DNA of 64,000 nucleotides from Octopus sinensis. Lineage: Eukaryota. The notes below the pieces were generated by a model. The model ran no database searches. It was not told where the DNA came from and saw only the letters and a list, made by a program, of their open reading frames with translations. The stretch is from the NCBI RefSeq assembly GCF_006345805.1, contig NC_043002.1, positions 16,430,001-16,494,000 on the forward strand, given 5' to 3'. The first letter of the stretch is position 1. Each line of letters begins with the position of its first letter. Positions 24,843 to 40,162 of the stretch are shown in pieces. Both the position numbers and the translations under genes were made by a program.

Positions 24843-25387
24843 TTGGGTTGTCCGGAAAGTTCGTTCCGATTTTTAAAGGAAAGATAAAGGTCAATAAATA
24901 CTTACCATTCCATGTTTAATCAACCAAATAGGAACCATTTGGTTGCACAACGCGTTTCCATCTTTCCTTTAACTTGAAAATACCCTCTTCCCAGAATTGA
25001 GGCCGTTTCATGGCAAATAATTCATCAAGGTATCTTTTTTTACGTCATTCAAGGAATTGAAATTTTTACCATTAAGACTATTATGCAGAGTAGAAATCCG
25101 AAGGAGCAATGCCTGGTGAATATGGAGGCTGGAGTAACACATCCCAGCCGAGCTGAGAAATTTTTTGTCTGGTTCTCAGTGCTGAAAATGAACTTTCTTA
25201 TCTTCTATTTAAAGGGATACAAAATTAACACAGGTTATAGGAACATAAAACTTCTTCCACGAAAAGATAGCTTAAACAGTGCTCTAAATGGAGGTGTATA
25301 AAATCCTATTTTATGGACTCAACCATGTTCTAAATAAGTCGAAATGTAAGCTACTATAACTCGGCACGAACTTTCTGGACAACCCAA
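24843..25387 (-). mobile_element. Internally deleted mariner (Tc1/mariner) element
   Basis: TIRs TTGGGTTGTCCGGAAAGTTCGTTCCGA and TCGGCACGAACTTTCTGGACAACCCAA, with a TA TSD on both sides. The minus strand encodes a transposase C-terminus (NSLNGKNFNSLNDVKK..YLDELFAMKRPQFWEEGIFKLKERWKRVVQPNGSY) and an N-terminal EDKKVHF remnant. Confidence 0.92.
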
Positions 25388-26475
25388 TAGATATCTACTG
25401 TTGATGCCATTTAAACTTTTATATCATAACTTCCTCGTCATTTTGGCTTCAGAATCGTTTGGACAAGTTATCCGTGGTATTTCTAAGACTATGCAAGGGC
25501 TGTCATAGACTATCAGAACACAAATATAATTTCAAGATATAATGACAAGGCTATGTTAATAATTAACACGTCTTGATTCATCATCCTAAAACGATTTGTA
25601 ATTATGACTAGAAATATTGGTGGACCACAAAAGTATTGGTCCCATTTAAGTACGCTAACAATAAGAAAATTTCTACAGAGTTTTCAGAAATACTAGAAAT
25701 AGCAAAAACAAAAACAAAAAATTTGAAGCGACACTGTACCCTGCTCAATATGCATAAGGCTACATTCGAAGTCGTAGGCCTAAATAATCCTGGAGTCATG
25801 ATTGCCCGTGTTACCTGCAATCTTGAATATATAACAATAATTCTACATAGCACATCTTTCGGATCAAAGCGTATCTGAAGCTAGCAGTTTAAACGATCAT
25901 ATAACTTGATCGGGCGAAACATACTGAAAATACTTATAGCAATATTGCAAATATATAGCAGTAGCATATTCATGTGTGGAAAGCATTGCCTCATAGGGAT
26001 TTACTCTCACGCGACATAGGCACCCAAAACGCAAACATACTCTCTGCTAATAATGAAATACTTACTTTGTCCAAATCTCGCGTGAAACACCGTCCTTGAA
26101 AACACTTTTGACCTCCTATACGTCTACTGATATGTACTGTTTCGATAAGTGCTATTACAGTTACTGATTTATGTAATTAATCAAGTATATTCATTCGTTT
26201 CCCTTGCGAAGGAATATATATGTTAAAGGCCAAACTGCGGAATTTTTCGAGTGTAAGCCAAAATGTTAAAGGTGATTGTAATATATCGTACGGAGAGAGA
26301 GAGAGAGAAACATGTGCGATAATAGTTTTCGACAAGCTTGGTACTTTCAGCAAAACAACAAAAGGATTATCTTTAAAAATTAAAAGCGATAGATAGTAAT
26401 ACACGTATGATGCATATGCCAGGACCAATAATATCAAACAACTCTATTGGATAAAACAAACGCACATATACACAC

Positions 26476-26525
<50 letters not shown>

Positions 26526-26529
26526 ACAA

Positions 26530-28610
26530 CAATGAATATATTATATATTCAACAACAATGAAAAGACTAGAGCTGGAAAAACTTCATCTGCAGACTAACA
26601 TGAAAACCTCCATTGAAAATCAAATAGCTGTGGAGGAATAATGGGTAATCAAAAACATCAAACAGAACCCAAAAGTGTTCTACTCTTATGCAAATAAGCA
26701 TAGAACAACTGTCTCACCTATTGGGCCATTGATTGATGAAAACGGCATTCCCCAACACGATGCTAAAGAAATGGCAGAAATACTGCAGAAACAATATTGC
26801 TCTGTCTTCAGTGTTCCCACTGATATTGATGTGAGGGAAACGAACGAAGCTGACTCCCAACACAAAATCGCAGACATAACCTTCACTGCCACCGACATCG
26901 TAGCAGCAATAAATGAGGTCAAACATTACTCTGCTGTAGGCCCTGATAGATTTCCCGCCAGTCTCCTGAAGGAATGTAGATATCAACTTGCAGTCCCTCT
27001 GACCAACCTCTGGAGAAACTCGTTAGACGCAGGTTATATACCGAAAAAGTTTCTATCCCAGTCGGTCATCCCGGTTTTCAAACAGGAAACAGATCCCTCG
27101 CAGTCAACTATCGCCCAATCTCACTCACCTCCCACATCATTAAAGTGTTTGAAAGAGTGTTAAGATCAAGGATAGCTGACTTCCTGGAGACCCACAAACT
27201 CCTAAATTCAAATCAGCATGGCTTTCGCTGTGGCAGGGACTGTCTAACACAGCTCTTACACCACATTGAAGATGTACTCAAAGCCTTGGGAAGAGGTTCG
27301 AACTCTGACGTCATATACCTTGACTTCAGTAAAGCGTTCGACAGGGTAGACCATAACATCCTACTCTCAAAATTGGCAAATGTTGGAATCCGTGGAAAAG
27401 TTCTACACTGGATTCAGTATTTCCTAGCGAATAGAACACAACATGTTGTAGTTGATGGAGTCCACTCAAACCCAGCAAAAGTCACCAGCGGTGTTCCCCA
27501 GGGAACTGTTTTGGGTCCGCTACTCTTCATAATTTATGTAAACGACCTTTCCAGTGTCGTACATCACTGCAAAGTGAAAATATTCGCTGATGACACTAAG
27601 CTCCAGCAAATCGTCAATGAAGAAGCAGACCGAACTCAACTCCAGTCTGACCTATATGCTGTGAGTCAATGGGCAGACAGAAACAAAATGCAACTGAATG
27701 AGGGAAAATTTGAGCTGATGCATTTTGGAAGAAATTCCTCACTAAAACAACCATACTCTCTTCCTTCAGGGGAACCGCTCACAGCCTCTAACAATATCAG
27801 AGACCTGGGTGTAATTGTTGATGACGATCTCAGTTGGAGTGCACACATCAACAAGAAGGTCGATACAGCTCGTAGGATGAGTTCCTGGATCTTAAGAACT
27901 TTCCGGTCCAGAGAACGTGTCATCATACCACTTTTTTCATCCTTTGTACGGCCACACCTTGAATACTGCTGCCCACTGTGGTCTCCTCACACAAGACAAA
28001 TCATCTCCAGAATTGAGTCACCCCAGAGGGCTCTCACTAAACAAATTGAAGGCATGGCTGCTCTCGACTATTGGGATCGCCTTAAATCCTTGAAACTTTA
28101 CTCCCTCCAGCATCGCCGTGAGCGGTACATCATTTGTACGATGTGGAAAATATACCGCCAACTTTGCCCAAACGACCTAAACATTAGCTTCAAGGTTCAT
28201 CCGAGACTTGGACCACGGGCTATACGTCCCCTGCCAAATTCAAGATCACAACATACATGTACATGTACACTGCAACATAATTTCTTTTCCTCAACAGGCC
28301 CTGCCCTATTTTACATTGTCCCGAGGGAGATCAAAGAGGAAAAGGATCCCATCAACTTCAAACAGAGTCTGGATAGATTCCTTCAAAGAATACCAGACAA
28401 GCCACCCATAATTGGATACAACTCACCCAACAAGAACTCACTACTTGAACAAAACTGGATACAACTCACCCAACAAGAACTCACTACTTGAACAAAACTT
28501 GACTTAAACAGGATTCGTATAATCCTATCAGGTGGTGCTATTAAGTTAGACATGGCCTGGACCAATCTCTGGTCGAAACATATCTAAGTTTTATCTAAGT
28601 TTTATATCCT
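26530..28610 (+). mobile_element. 5'-truncated CR1/L2-group LINE, near-intact RT
   Basis: IKQNPKVFYSY, AVGPDRF, NYRPISLTSHIIKVFE, NQHGF, YLDFSKAFDRVDH, SGVPQGTVLGPLLF, FADDTK, DLGV, HLEYCCPLWSPH. One stop (about 26640) and one frameshift (about 27085). Tail (TATCTAAGTTT)2. Confidence 0.95.
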
Positions 28611-28657
28611 TGGAGGAGATGGCATACATATACTTATACACATTGTATGATTATTTA

Positions 28658-28714
<57 letters not shown>

Positions 28715-28766
28715 CATACAATCATATATACATACATATATAGATAGATAGATAGATAGATAGATG

Positions 28767-28811
<45 letters not shown>

Positions 28812-30209
28812 TAGATAGATAGATAGATAAATAGATAAATAGATGAATGGATGGATAGATTGATAGATAAATTGATTGATTGATATACAAAGGTATATAT
28901 AAGTATTTATGTGTGGATATATACAAATGCAATAAATGGACACTTGCATGAACATACGCATACAAAGACACGTACAGACAAACATACATATGGTATCAAT
29001 GTCCACTTTCACTGACAAAATATCTTACACAAATGAATTAGTATTGTGCATCGAATGTTGAATTGCGCCAGTGTACTATATAGTTCATGCCATATATTTA
29101 AGTATGCTGACCTATTATATTCAGGCACTACAGATCACTCTGAATATATACTTCATTATCTTTATGTGACAGATGTTTCTTATCATTTGATATATGTAAA
29201 GTCACTGCTACATATATTCCTACGTTCATGATGTATTTATATTTCAAAGAATCTTGTTGTCAATATATTGTGTGTATTGAGAGGCGAAATGATAAAAAGT
29301 TTTTAGCACAACAACGTCTGACAAATTCAATAGACACCGAAATATTGTAGATGTCTCCTGACGTTAGAGGCTGAAAATGTTCCATGGTATTAAATGATAT
29401 ATGTGATGTACAGCCTGCCACATTAATACAGTTACACTTAGAAACATTTTACATTCCTCAACATACACGTCCACATGTATACGCTTGTATATCTAGGTGT
29501 GTATGAAAATATTCCTATATATATATATATATATATGTGTGTTGCTGAGTCTGGGGAGAGTTATTCTCTTTTGGTGCCTTATAATTTAACAAACTCACCG
29601 GTGAGTGTGTGTGTTTGTGTGTGTGTGTGTGTCTCTCTCTCTTTCTCTGAGTATGTATGTGTAGTTATAATTGTCCTTGTGGTGTATGTGTATGTTTGTG
29701 AATACCATTGGTCTGAGTGTTATATGGGCGCATGTGTGTGTTTGTTCGTGTCTGTGTGTGTGTGTTTGCTACACAAATGAGAAAATGTCAGAAAGGTCAG
29801 TTATTCCTCTACAACTTTTTGTAAATTCTTAAATATATCTCCTTCTGAGTGTATATATATATATAATATATATATATATATATTATATATATATATATAT
29901 ATATATTTACTACCAAACAAATATGACTTTTATTGAAGTCAACTTTTTGGAGTCCCGTTCTGATTACTTTGTTAGATACTTTCTTGTAAATGTTTTCAAC
30001 ATTTTCTTACTATTATCAGAGAATGTATATATGTATTTTAATACTTTTTTGACAACCAGTACTTAACACAACAAAGCTAATACAAAGCTTCACATTTTAC
30101 TTTTGACAATCTTTTTCTACAAAACTGAAACCGGTCAAACTGCATTTTCAAGTATTCTTTCATATATATTTCCACTCGTGCGGTACCTTACAACTGTACT
30201 TTGTTATAT

Positions 30210-30625
30210 ATATAGGGAGAGTTTACGAAAAAACAAAAGATGAAGACAGCTAGTGAAAAAAACAAGCAGATGTATTGGTAAAACGCTCAGGAATAGAAAA
30301 GTCTTTTACGTTTCGAGCCTACTCTCTTCTACAGAAAGGAACACAGAAAAAAACAATGAGAGAAACAAGGAGGGACAAAATGTGTTTAGTGGCTAACGAT
30401 CTATCATATATATATATATATGTATATATATTTGTATATATACGTATTTGTGTGTCATTGCCGAGTCGGATGTCTCAGACGTGTTCTGCGAAACGGTCAG
30501 CCAAGCGGCGTCCCTTTTCGTCGATGTATAGAGAAGGACAGAGAGAGGGAGAGAGAGAGAGAGAGAGAGAGCAGTAGATGCATTAGATGATATTGTTAGA
30601 AGTGCAGGTGAAATTATCAGTGATG
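30210..30625 (-). mobile_element. PLE 3' fragment (GIY-YIG + terminus with A6U hammerhead-like motif)
   Basis: [13 protein letters not shown]...[17 protein letters not shown] (30440-30610). Motif CTTT-CTGTAGA-A-GAGA-GTAG-GCTC-GAAACGTA-AAAG at 30303-30338. Confidence 0.8.
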
Positions 30626-30640
30626 TGATAGGGTCGATGA

Positions 30641-30778
<138 letters not shown>

Positions 30779-30844
30779 ATATATATATATATAAACAAAG
30801 TAATGTTGTAAGGTACCACACGAGTTGAAATATATATGAAAGAA

Positions 30845-31500
30845 GGTTTGAAAATGCAATTATATATGCGGTTATATATTTGGGAGAATTCAGAAAAAAA
30901 AACTAAATACGAAGACAGGTGGTGTAGACAACAATCACATGTATTACTATAACGCTCGGGAAGTGAAAAGTCTTTAACGTTTCGATCCTACGCTCTTCCA
31001 CAGAAAGGAACACTGAAAGAAATAAGGAGAGAAAATGAAGAATGTGTAGTGGCTTGGGATCTATCATAGCATATCCGGACAGGAGGGTCACACAGTAGAT
31101 CTAGAGAGAAGAGGAGATAATAAAGCAGTGGTGATCCCAAAACGAAGGTGCTCGTGCGTGTGTATAAGAGAGTTTTATGTGCGTGTGGACGAGGTCTGGT
31201 GATCTTGAAGTGTGCCTATGTGTATGTGTGAAAATGTGGGTCTCGGAAGTGGTCAGTGCTGATGTGTGCGTGGTGATGTGATGCGATGTGTGGCATGGGG
31301 GTGTAAGGCGTAGTAGTGTGTGGTGGTGTGATGGTGTTGGGAGGTGGGGGAGGCGAGACTCGGGAAAGCAATGGTGAGGTGTGGGTTAGGGTGAGGGTGG
31401 GGTATGTAGGTAGGCGGGGGGTGGGAGTAGAGTTGGTGTATGCGTAAGAGGGTGTAAGGGATGGGGCGAGTGTAATAGGAAATTTAATGATAAAATTCTC
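30845..31500 (-). mobile_element. PLE terminus (same family) with A6U hammerhead-like motif
   Basis: Motif CTTT-CTGTGGA-A-GAGC-GTAG-GATC-GAAACGTT-AAAG at 30972-31007. 30845-30935 is inverted relative to 31620-31710. Confidence 0.7.
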
Positions 31501-31712
31501 GTAGCAGTTAAAACAGAATGTATATATATATATATATATATATAACTATACATAGTGTTATGTATATTTTTATGTACATGTATATATATAAATATACTTT
31601 GCGTTATACTAATACATCTGTTTGTAGTCTACACCACCTGTCTTCGTCTTTTTGCTTTTTTGTGAAGTCTCCCTATATATATAACCGGTCAAACTGCATT
31701 TTCAAACCTACT

Positions 31713-31778
<66 letters not shown>

Positions 31779-34014
31779 TATAAATAATTTGTTTTAACTG
31801 CTATGTTAATTTTATCATTAACATTCTTGTCTAGATATGCTAACACATTCAATCGATTTAATAGACGATGATATTATGTCGAAATAATATGGAGAATTAA
31901 TTGAAATAATTTACATTAGATTTACATTTTATAATAAAAAGCAAGTCGTAATTAACATCCAGAATTGCACTTTCTTGAAAAAGTCTATTCAACATGTTAC
32001 GGAGGATCATCATGGTTAGTGAACGGAAGTTACGCTACATTTCGGTATATCCTCAAATAGTTGCTTGAACCATGCCTTCTTCTTTTTGAAGATGCTGTAA
32101 TTGGTTCCATTTAGTTGAGCATGATGAGAGAATGTGCCATGCCAAATTTTCAACGTGACCTTGAAGACATAAAATGTTAATTTAAGCCAGATTGATCTAC
32201 ATCAAATAACCCAATGTGCTTGTATAGATGGGATTGCGCCAAACAATTGAATAGCACAAACAAGTTCAGTAGTAACAGACCGTAATCGAACATGATAAAA
32301 TTTTTAAGGATATGTAAATATATATACACGAAAGTGATCGTACAAAATCAGCGATGAAATGACCGAATGCCTATATGCGTATGTGTACATACATGTGCAC
32401 GATATATTATTCATGTGTCACTTGAATAAAAAGTTATATTTCTTCTCAAATCATATTTGAAAATATATAACTTACAAAATCTATCATACACATTGAAGTG
32501 TTTTGGCGCCGCACATGAACTATTAATGTATATAGTGAGCAGAGAATGCACATACACATACACGCACATGAACACACATTTATATATGTGATATATATAT
32601 ATATATAAACAATTAAGATTCAAGTGAGTTCCAATGAAGTTTATTTCTGTGATGACAGAAAATCTAGGTCAGAGTTGCAGGAATCTGAGATTTATAAAAG
32701 CGAACGTTACTTTTGACCAGCATACAGCTGTTAACTGCCAATACTACAGAGTTAAAAGCAGATATAAGAATATAAAGAGAACAAAAGGAAGTATGAAAGG
32801 GGTCAAAGGCTATCAGTAGAGGAAAATACATTTAGAGATTTAAGTGCAATACTAGAACAGGAGGTTATTTATTTATTTATTTATTATTGTTCCTATTTAT
32901 ACAAATGTTTATACATTGTAAGACAGACTTTAGGTCTATACCTAGAGGTCAATTAATTTCTATAGTAAAAGGTGTGAGAGTATTGTTTATTCAAAATATA
33001 GTGAAAATCATAGTGAAAAGTCCTTATATTATTATTAAGGGAGTAGCATTACTTATTAAACTTAGAATAGAATTAGGAAGTATTAGCAACTTATTTGATT
33101 TAAGTTGGGTTAATTAAATTAGATTACCCTCGCACGTACATACATACATAAGCACTCATATATATATTGAAACTTTATTTTTTTACTTAGGAGTATTTAC
33201 TCAAATCCTTCCACATATAATTAATATCTGTGGAATAAAGATTATAGTAATCTGCATATAAGTTCAGCACAAAATTCATTCCCCTCTTCTACGCCGTGTG
33301 CAAGCGCATGTCTTTATGGATGGGCATGCGATTATAAAAGTGTTTGTCATCTGGAAGGAGCAGTATACATTTTTATTTCTTAAAAATGTAGTGTCTAAAT
33401 ATGATACAAAATTTTGTCACGCACTTAGTTATCGAAGTACACTAAATTATATTTCATCAAGGTGGATATAACTTTCGTCAAATTAGAGAGTGTAGAAATA
33501 ATCGCAGGTATTTACTGGAAATATTTTTTTTATAGTAAAATGTTCATAAATTCTCAAACGAGATACATAATGAAATTGGTTTTGTGTTTAGGTAATGAAA
33601 ATACTATATCATCCTAATAATTGCTACTACTTAAACATTTTTAGTTCCTAATTGATATGTAGATTATACACTCATTTGAATTAGATATTGTAATAATTTG
33701 AAATTTGATGAAGTTATACAAATATAACTAAATATTTCCAATTATTATCGAAGGCACTAAGAAAGTGTAAGTTGATTTTTATACGCGACGGTATAACGTT
33801 TTGGGAAACATTCCTTATGAGAGTAACCGAGAAGAAGGTATATAGATATTTCTATATAGTTTGAGCGGTTCATAGGTGCATACTCAACACAATTCGAAAG
33901 AAAGAGTATTGCTATTTTGATACAAATATGCAAATAGTGTAAAAGGCTATTTGCTGATGCCATGTGAAAATTAAATTTTAAATTAAAAGCAGCGCTAAAA
34001 AAGTAAACATTATT

Positions 34015-34242
34015 TTACTCTTTTACTCTTTTACTTGTTTCAGTCATTTGACTGCGGCCATGCTGGAGCACCGCCTTTAGTCGAGCAAATCGACCCCGGG
34101 ACTTATTCTTTGTAAGCCCAGTACTTATTCTATCGGTCTCTTTTGCCAAGCCGCTAGGTGACGGGGACGTAAACACACCACCATCGGTTGTCAAGCAATG
34201 CTAGGGGGACAAACACAGACACACAAACACATACACACACAC

Positions 34243-34296
<54 letters not shown>

Positions 34297-34444
34297 GACA
34301 GGATTCTTTCAGTTTCCGTCTACCAAATCCACTCACAAGGCATTGGTCGGCCCGGGGCTATGGCAGAAGATATTTGCCCAAGATGCCACGCAGTGGGACT
34401 GAACCCGGAACCATGTGGTTGGTTAGCAAGCTACTTATCACACA
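34015..34444 (-). mobile_element. Full-length SINE family A
   Basis: Close match to the other copies. Confidence 0.92.
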
Positions 34445-34627
34445 TGATACATACAGAGCGTATGTGTTTTCTTTATATGCTAATCTGCTGCATGACTGCG
34501 GCCTGAGAAAGCTTTCCTCGTGACTTTGAGTGTTAAAGAACACTGAATGTCTCAGGGTAGGAGTAACTAACTGCCGCTGCGAATGTGAACTAGAACGGTG
34601 AATATCGATATTACGGTACCTTTTTAT

Positions 34628-34866
34628 GGCGGCGAGCTGGCAGAAATGTTAGCACGCTGGGCGAAATGCGTAGCCGTATTTCGTCTTTTGCTACGTTCCG
34701 AGTTCAAATTCCGCCGAGATCGACTTTGCCTTTCATCCTTTCGGGGTCGATAAATTATGTACCAGTTACGCACGCACTGGGGTCGATATAATCGACTTAA
34801 TCCGTTTGTCTGTCCTTGCTTGTCCCCTCTGTGTTTAGCCCCTTGTGGGTAGTAAAGAAATAGATA
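34628..34866 (+). mobile_element. SINE family B
   Basis: Close match to 15011-15243. Confidence 0.9.
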
Positions 34867-37800
34867 TTGTGGTAGCTTTTTTCTCTGTTCAGAGACGCTG
34901 CCGATCAGTTTCACTCTCGGAGCGAGTTGCTTCGCTTGGTCTCAGACATTCAATATTTTTTAACACTTTGCTCTGCATCTGATGAGCGTGCAAACAAAAA
35001 TTGTACTCTATTCGTGTGTCATTGATAATGTGTATAGTATTAACAAAGATTTTAATTCAAAATTTTCAGTTTCATCATAGAATAATAATGCAGTCCTATG
35101 AAAGACTGGTTATTCATAAATACGCATAACTCAATTGTGTTTCACAGGACAATGCTAGTATGCGCATATATCTACATTTCTTCAATGTATATGCAATATA
35201 CAATGTGTATGCTAAAAGCATACACATTGTATGAGTCAAATATTTAAATATTTGAAAATTTAATGCTCAAACATTTACATATTTGAACAATTAATGTTTA
35301 AAGCTTGACGTCATATTTTGCACTCTTCGCGCAAGCACTTTCGAAAATATTATTATTTTTGTTACAGTGGAACAAAAGGTCGTGTCGACATGCGTAACTG
35401 AGATATTAACGGTTTATGTGCTGCACATATTATTGAAAAGAGCATGTATTAGCATATCATGCCATCAAATGTGTACTACATTAACTTTTGGGTTAATAAC
35501 AAGACAACTATGGTAGCTAGACACAAAGATATGGATCTTAACAATAATATTGATGTCCAGTAAAGATATTACTTGAAACCTGTCTTAGCGTTAGAGCTTA
35601 AGAATATAGTAACCTTTGCTTTTTTCATTAATACATTTAGAGTTTCCAGGAAGCATATTATTATGTAGGTTTTGAAAGTGTTTCTCTGATGTTTGGCTAT
35701 GGAAAAAATATTGGGTTCGAACATTAGTAGTTAAGTCTATTTTTTAAATAGATATGACTTACGCTTGCTACACAGAACTTGTAGGTGAATAGTTGTCACA
35801 TGATGTGGTGCAAAAAGAAGCAGAAAACTATATTTAATAAAAGCTGTCGAGGTTGAGAACGAATGAGTCAAAGCTTTTGAAATCTTTTCAATGGCATTTT
35901 GATCTAATATCGAGATTTAGTAGGATAATATATTTAGTAGCATAATATATTCCTGTGGATTTATTAATAATTCATAATGATAATAGAGAACAGTTTTTTT
36001 TCTTTGTACAAAAAGTCGTTTACTGTAGAATATAATTTAGCTATGGAGCCATACATATTTTTCGAATAGGGTTGACACAAAATAAATTTTATAAGTATAT
36101 GCAGCGCTCTAAAGCACGCTTCTCGCCAATGCGAATAGAATACTAGTAATTGAACTTATTATTGTAATCTAAAACACTGTACTATCAAACATTAGATTAC
36201 ATGTATACAGAACAGCATAATTGTATCAGGCGGAACTTCTTTCAATTACATGGCACCTATTAGCATTGCAAATATGGCATAGCATACTATGTTGCTTCTG
36301 TATAAGTGTCGCTACACATGAAGAAACTCTGGACACACTAACATTTGCCTTAGTATATAACGACTGGGAATTCTCATAGATTTCTGTCTCAATAATGTTC
36401 GTATAAATTAATGTTACGCTTTATAACCAATTTATAATAACGATCAATGTTAACGCATTTAAAATTGCACCAGTGTAGTGTGACCTTTAAATATCATAGG
36501 GCAGTGCATTATCATAAATATGATTGCAATTATATTTCTGATATAATAAATATGAGATACGGCGTGTCCTTTAATGCAAGTGGATTCAAAGTTTCCGTAT
36601 GCGAGATTAATTTGTTATCCTTTCTGAACATACATTATACTTAATAAAATGGAATTGGATACGTATCTGAGGAATGTTGTACATTAAAAGAATTATAATT
36701 TCTGAAAAAATAATCTGCATTTTAAATGACATATAATAAATACATTTTATTATTTGACAAGTTTTAGAATATTTTTATAGCGAGGATTATTTGAGATTAT
36801 ATTTCTTCTCTTTCATCGGTTGGTACGGATAGAATTTTATGATTCTTTACAGAAAATCTTTCAATATTCTTCACTGAGCTTTCAAAATAATACTTCTCTC
36901 TCTTTAAGAAATGTATTGAAAACGCTATGCTAGTATTTGATTAGGCGATATTTTTACAGAGTGTGGTAACTATTTTTAGTCACCAACGACTTTTTTTTCG
37001 AGAAAATGTAATCATATATTGAAATATGTATACGTAAAATGTGACAGGTCAGGAAGATACAAAGACTTCAGTTGAATATAATGTGTGCGTCCATGTTCAC
37101 ATTCTGGATAAAAGGTAATATCAAAATATTTTTATAAAGAGTAAATATCAAAAGTTAAAGTGAGTGTACCATTCAACGTTTTGTGTTGTTGTTTTTCTAG
37201 AATATCTTTGGATGGACGAACCATCACCTGTGCTAGGAAATCTCTGACTATTTTGCTACTGCATGTCACAGTTCAAATTTAATTTAGGGATATACACCGT
37301 AAACATGACGAAATGTAATAAAATATAATATATTCTTGGTGCATAAATCAAGTATGGTGTGTTTGTCTGCATTCGTTCCACTCACCTTCTGATATTGTCT
37401 GTTTTCTTTTTGTTTTTTAAAGAGATTACCTAATCGCAAATAATATAAATGCGAATGGATGGGTTGTGTATATTTCAATGTAAAATAACATACAGATTCA
37501 TATACATATTTTGTTACATGGGTACGGAATAAGAAAATAAAATAGGTACATACAACAAACATGTACTCAAACATACACACACACATACATATAGAACAAC
37601 TTTATATACACAAACATACAATTTATATATATCAGATGACCAGACCCAAACTCCAGACATGAAACTGTAGATGAAAGCGGTATGAAGGTGCTAAAGTTAC
37701 AATGATAATGTAAACATTGTACTACACTGGAGATGACACTAACGTTTCGTTTTAAATGTTAATCAAATTCTGAATATATGAAGAACATTTTTACCATACA

Positions 37801-38033
37801 ATATACATGTTAAATTTTGTCTGCAAAAACTTTTAAATGCACTCTGATCTGTGCGCAGTTTTATTTACTGTATTTTTTAACGTGCAGATCATGCTACCAA
37901 GAACAAAATGGATATGCAATACATATAGAAGAAATACTACGAAAAAATTACTCGCAAATCAAATAGCGTTGTTGCTTGCCCGTGATATGACGAATCTTTA
38001 AGTACAGTACCCGTACACAAACGCGCATCTGCA

Positions 38034-38071
<38 letters not shown>

Positions 38072-39979
38072 TGTGTGTTCAGAGGGTATATCATAGCTTT
38101 TAGTCTTTTAGTCCATATTTCCCATTAATTATTTATATATATGATATACACACACACAGATAAATGTCTATTATCATATATAAGTATATGCAACAATAAT
38201 ATAATGAAGAGTTCTGAGATAATTGCCTGCATGCAAGAAACAGAATGTCAAAAGGACTCTAGGCCACTTAAATCATTCATATGCACTGGTGAAAGAGAGG
38301 AAATGAGCAAAAATAAATTAGCGTACCTTTTGGGAAAAAAATTCACAAATAATAAACAGATAATCCCATATCTATCAATTTCTAGCCCTGAAATTAATGC
38401 TCAGCCATCGTCAATGCGATTTACGGTAAATTAGGATATATGTGTAAATATATATGCATACGAGTGAAAAATATGGAAAACAAGAACAGTAAACACAGAG
38501 AAACAACCATTCTTCAGTTGTCGGCTGTCTATCTACTCCTGATTTCGACCTTTCAGCGACAATATGTGTCTTCGAAGACAGTTGCTCCCATAACTACTAA
38601 AATAAAATTTAGGAATTACAGAGGGTCAAATTTGGGAACGAAACATTGGAGACATCCAAGGAAACCGAACATAAAACAAGCATGGAGGACAAGAACGAGC
38701 GGAAAATAGTGAAAGATGGGAGAAATATTCTCTTTGAAAGGAGAAAAGATAGAAGAAAGAGGAAGCAAAGGTTCTGTTCCTCGTGTCGGAAAAAGAAAGA
38801 TGGTCGTGGGAAGAAGCGAAAGATGGACGATGGTTACGAGTGAGCAACGGGAGAGAAAAAAGAGAAAAAGGGAGTGGGAGAGACACACAGATAGCGGTGA
38901 AAAAGGGAGGGGTAGAAAAAAGGAATTATAGAAGGTAGAAAACAGTATAGAGTCGTATCAAAAAGACCTGTGGTTATAGTAGGAGACACCTGCCCAACTT
39001 ATCACGCAGTTGAACTGAACCCGGATCCATGTGGTTGGGAAGCAAGCTTCTTACCACATACTTCACCTATATTGTCACTCCTTTAGCATATTCTTTCGAG
39101 ATTCCTGCTGATAGAACGAAAGCAAGTCGGGCTTGCAGTACCTGAGTTCCATGTAGATAAAGCATTTTTAGGTGATTTAAAGATAAGTGAATCTTAGTGT
39201 CGTATGCGTGTGTTCGAGTGATCGCTGACTTGAGCGCATAAACATGACGGATGATGTAATCGATATACTAATAAAAGTATGTGAATTCGATCAATTTGCA
39301 CATACAATTAGACACAGGATGAAGTCGGTTAGAACAATCGATAGTAATATTATTATAAAAAAATGTACAAGTCTAACATACGCGAGAAGGATGCAAGCCA
39401 AAGGGGGCAGTAATTTGATAGATTCTTACGAGAGAATTACTGCAGACATCCTGTTGCATATACGTGAACATACGCGCATAAACAAAGATACCCATTTATC
39501 CATTCCTACTTGCATATGTATACACTCAGCAATGCATAAATACATATACTGTATTCATATATGTGTGCGTATGTGTTTCGGTGTGTGTGTGGGGGGGATT
39601 GAGTGTATACATTCGTGGCTACTTATATATAAACATGTACACCAGCATATGTTTATAACTACTTGCATACATACAAATGCATATAAACACACACACACAC
39701 ATATATATATATTTATGTGCATATGAATACACATATACACACACAATATATTATATATATATATACGCTTCTATCTCTCTCTTTATATATATATATGCAT
39801 ATGTATATATACACACATATATATATATATAACATACATACAATACATACATATATAATATATGTATATACATATATATATATATGTATATACATATATA
39901 TATATATATGTATATACATATATATATATATGTAAATATATATATATTATATTATATATATATATATATATATATATTA

Positions 39980-40010
<31 letters not shown>

Positions 40011-40039
40011 ATATAGTATATATCTATATATAATATATG

Positions 40040-40125
<86 letters not shown>

Positions 40126-40126
40126 G

Positions 40127-40162
<36 letters not shown>

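Noticed and set aside
28555-28585. GACC...GGTC-GAAAC resembling hammerhead helix II
   Set aside because: There is no upstream CUGANGA. It is better explained as the LINE 3' stem-loop.
32880-33120. Possible NUMT
   Set aside because: Translation with the invertebrate mitochondrial code gave nothing I could match to a mitochondrial protein.
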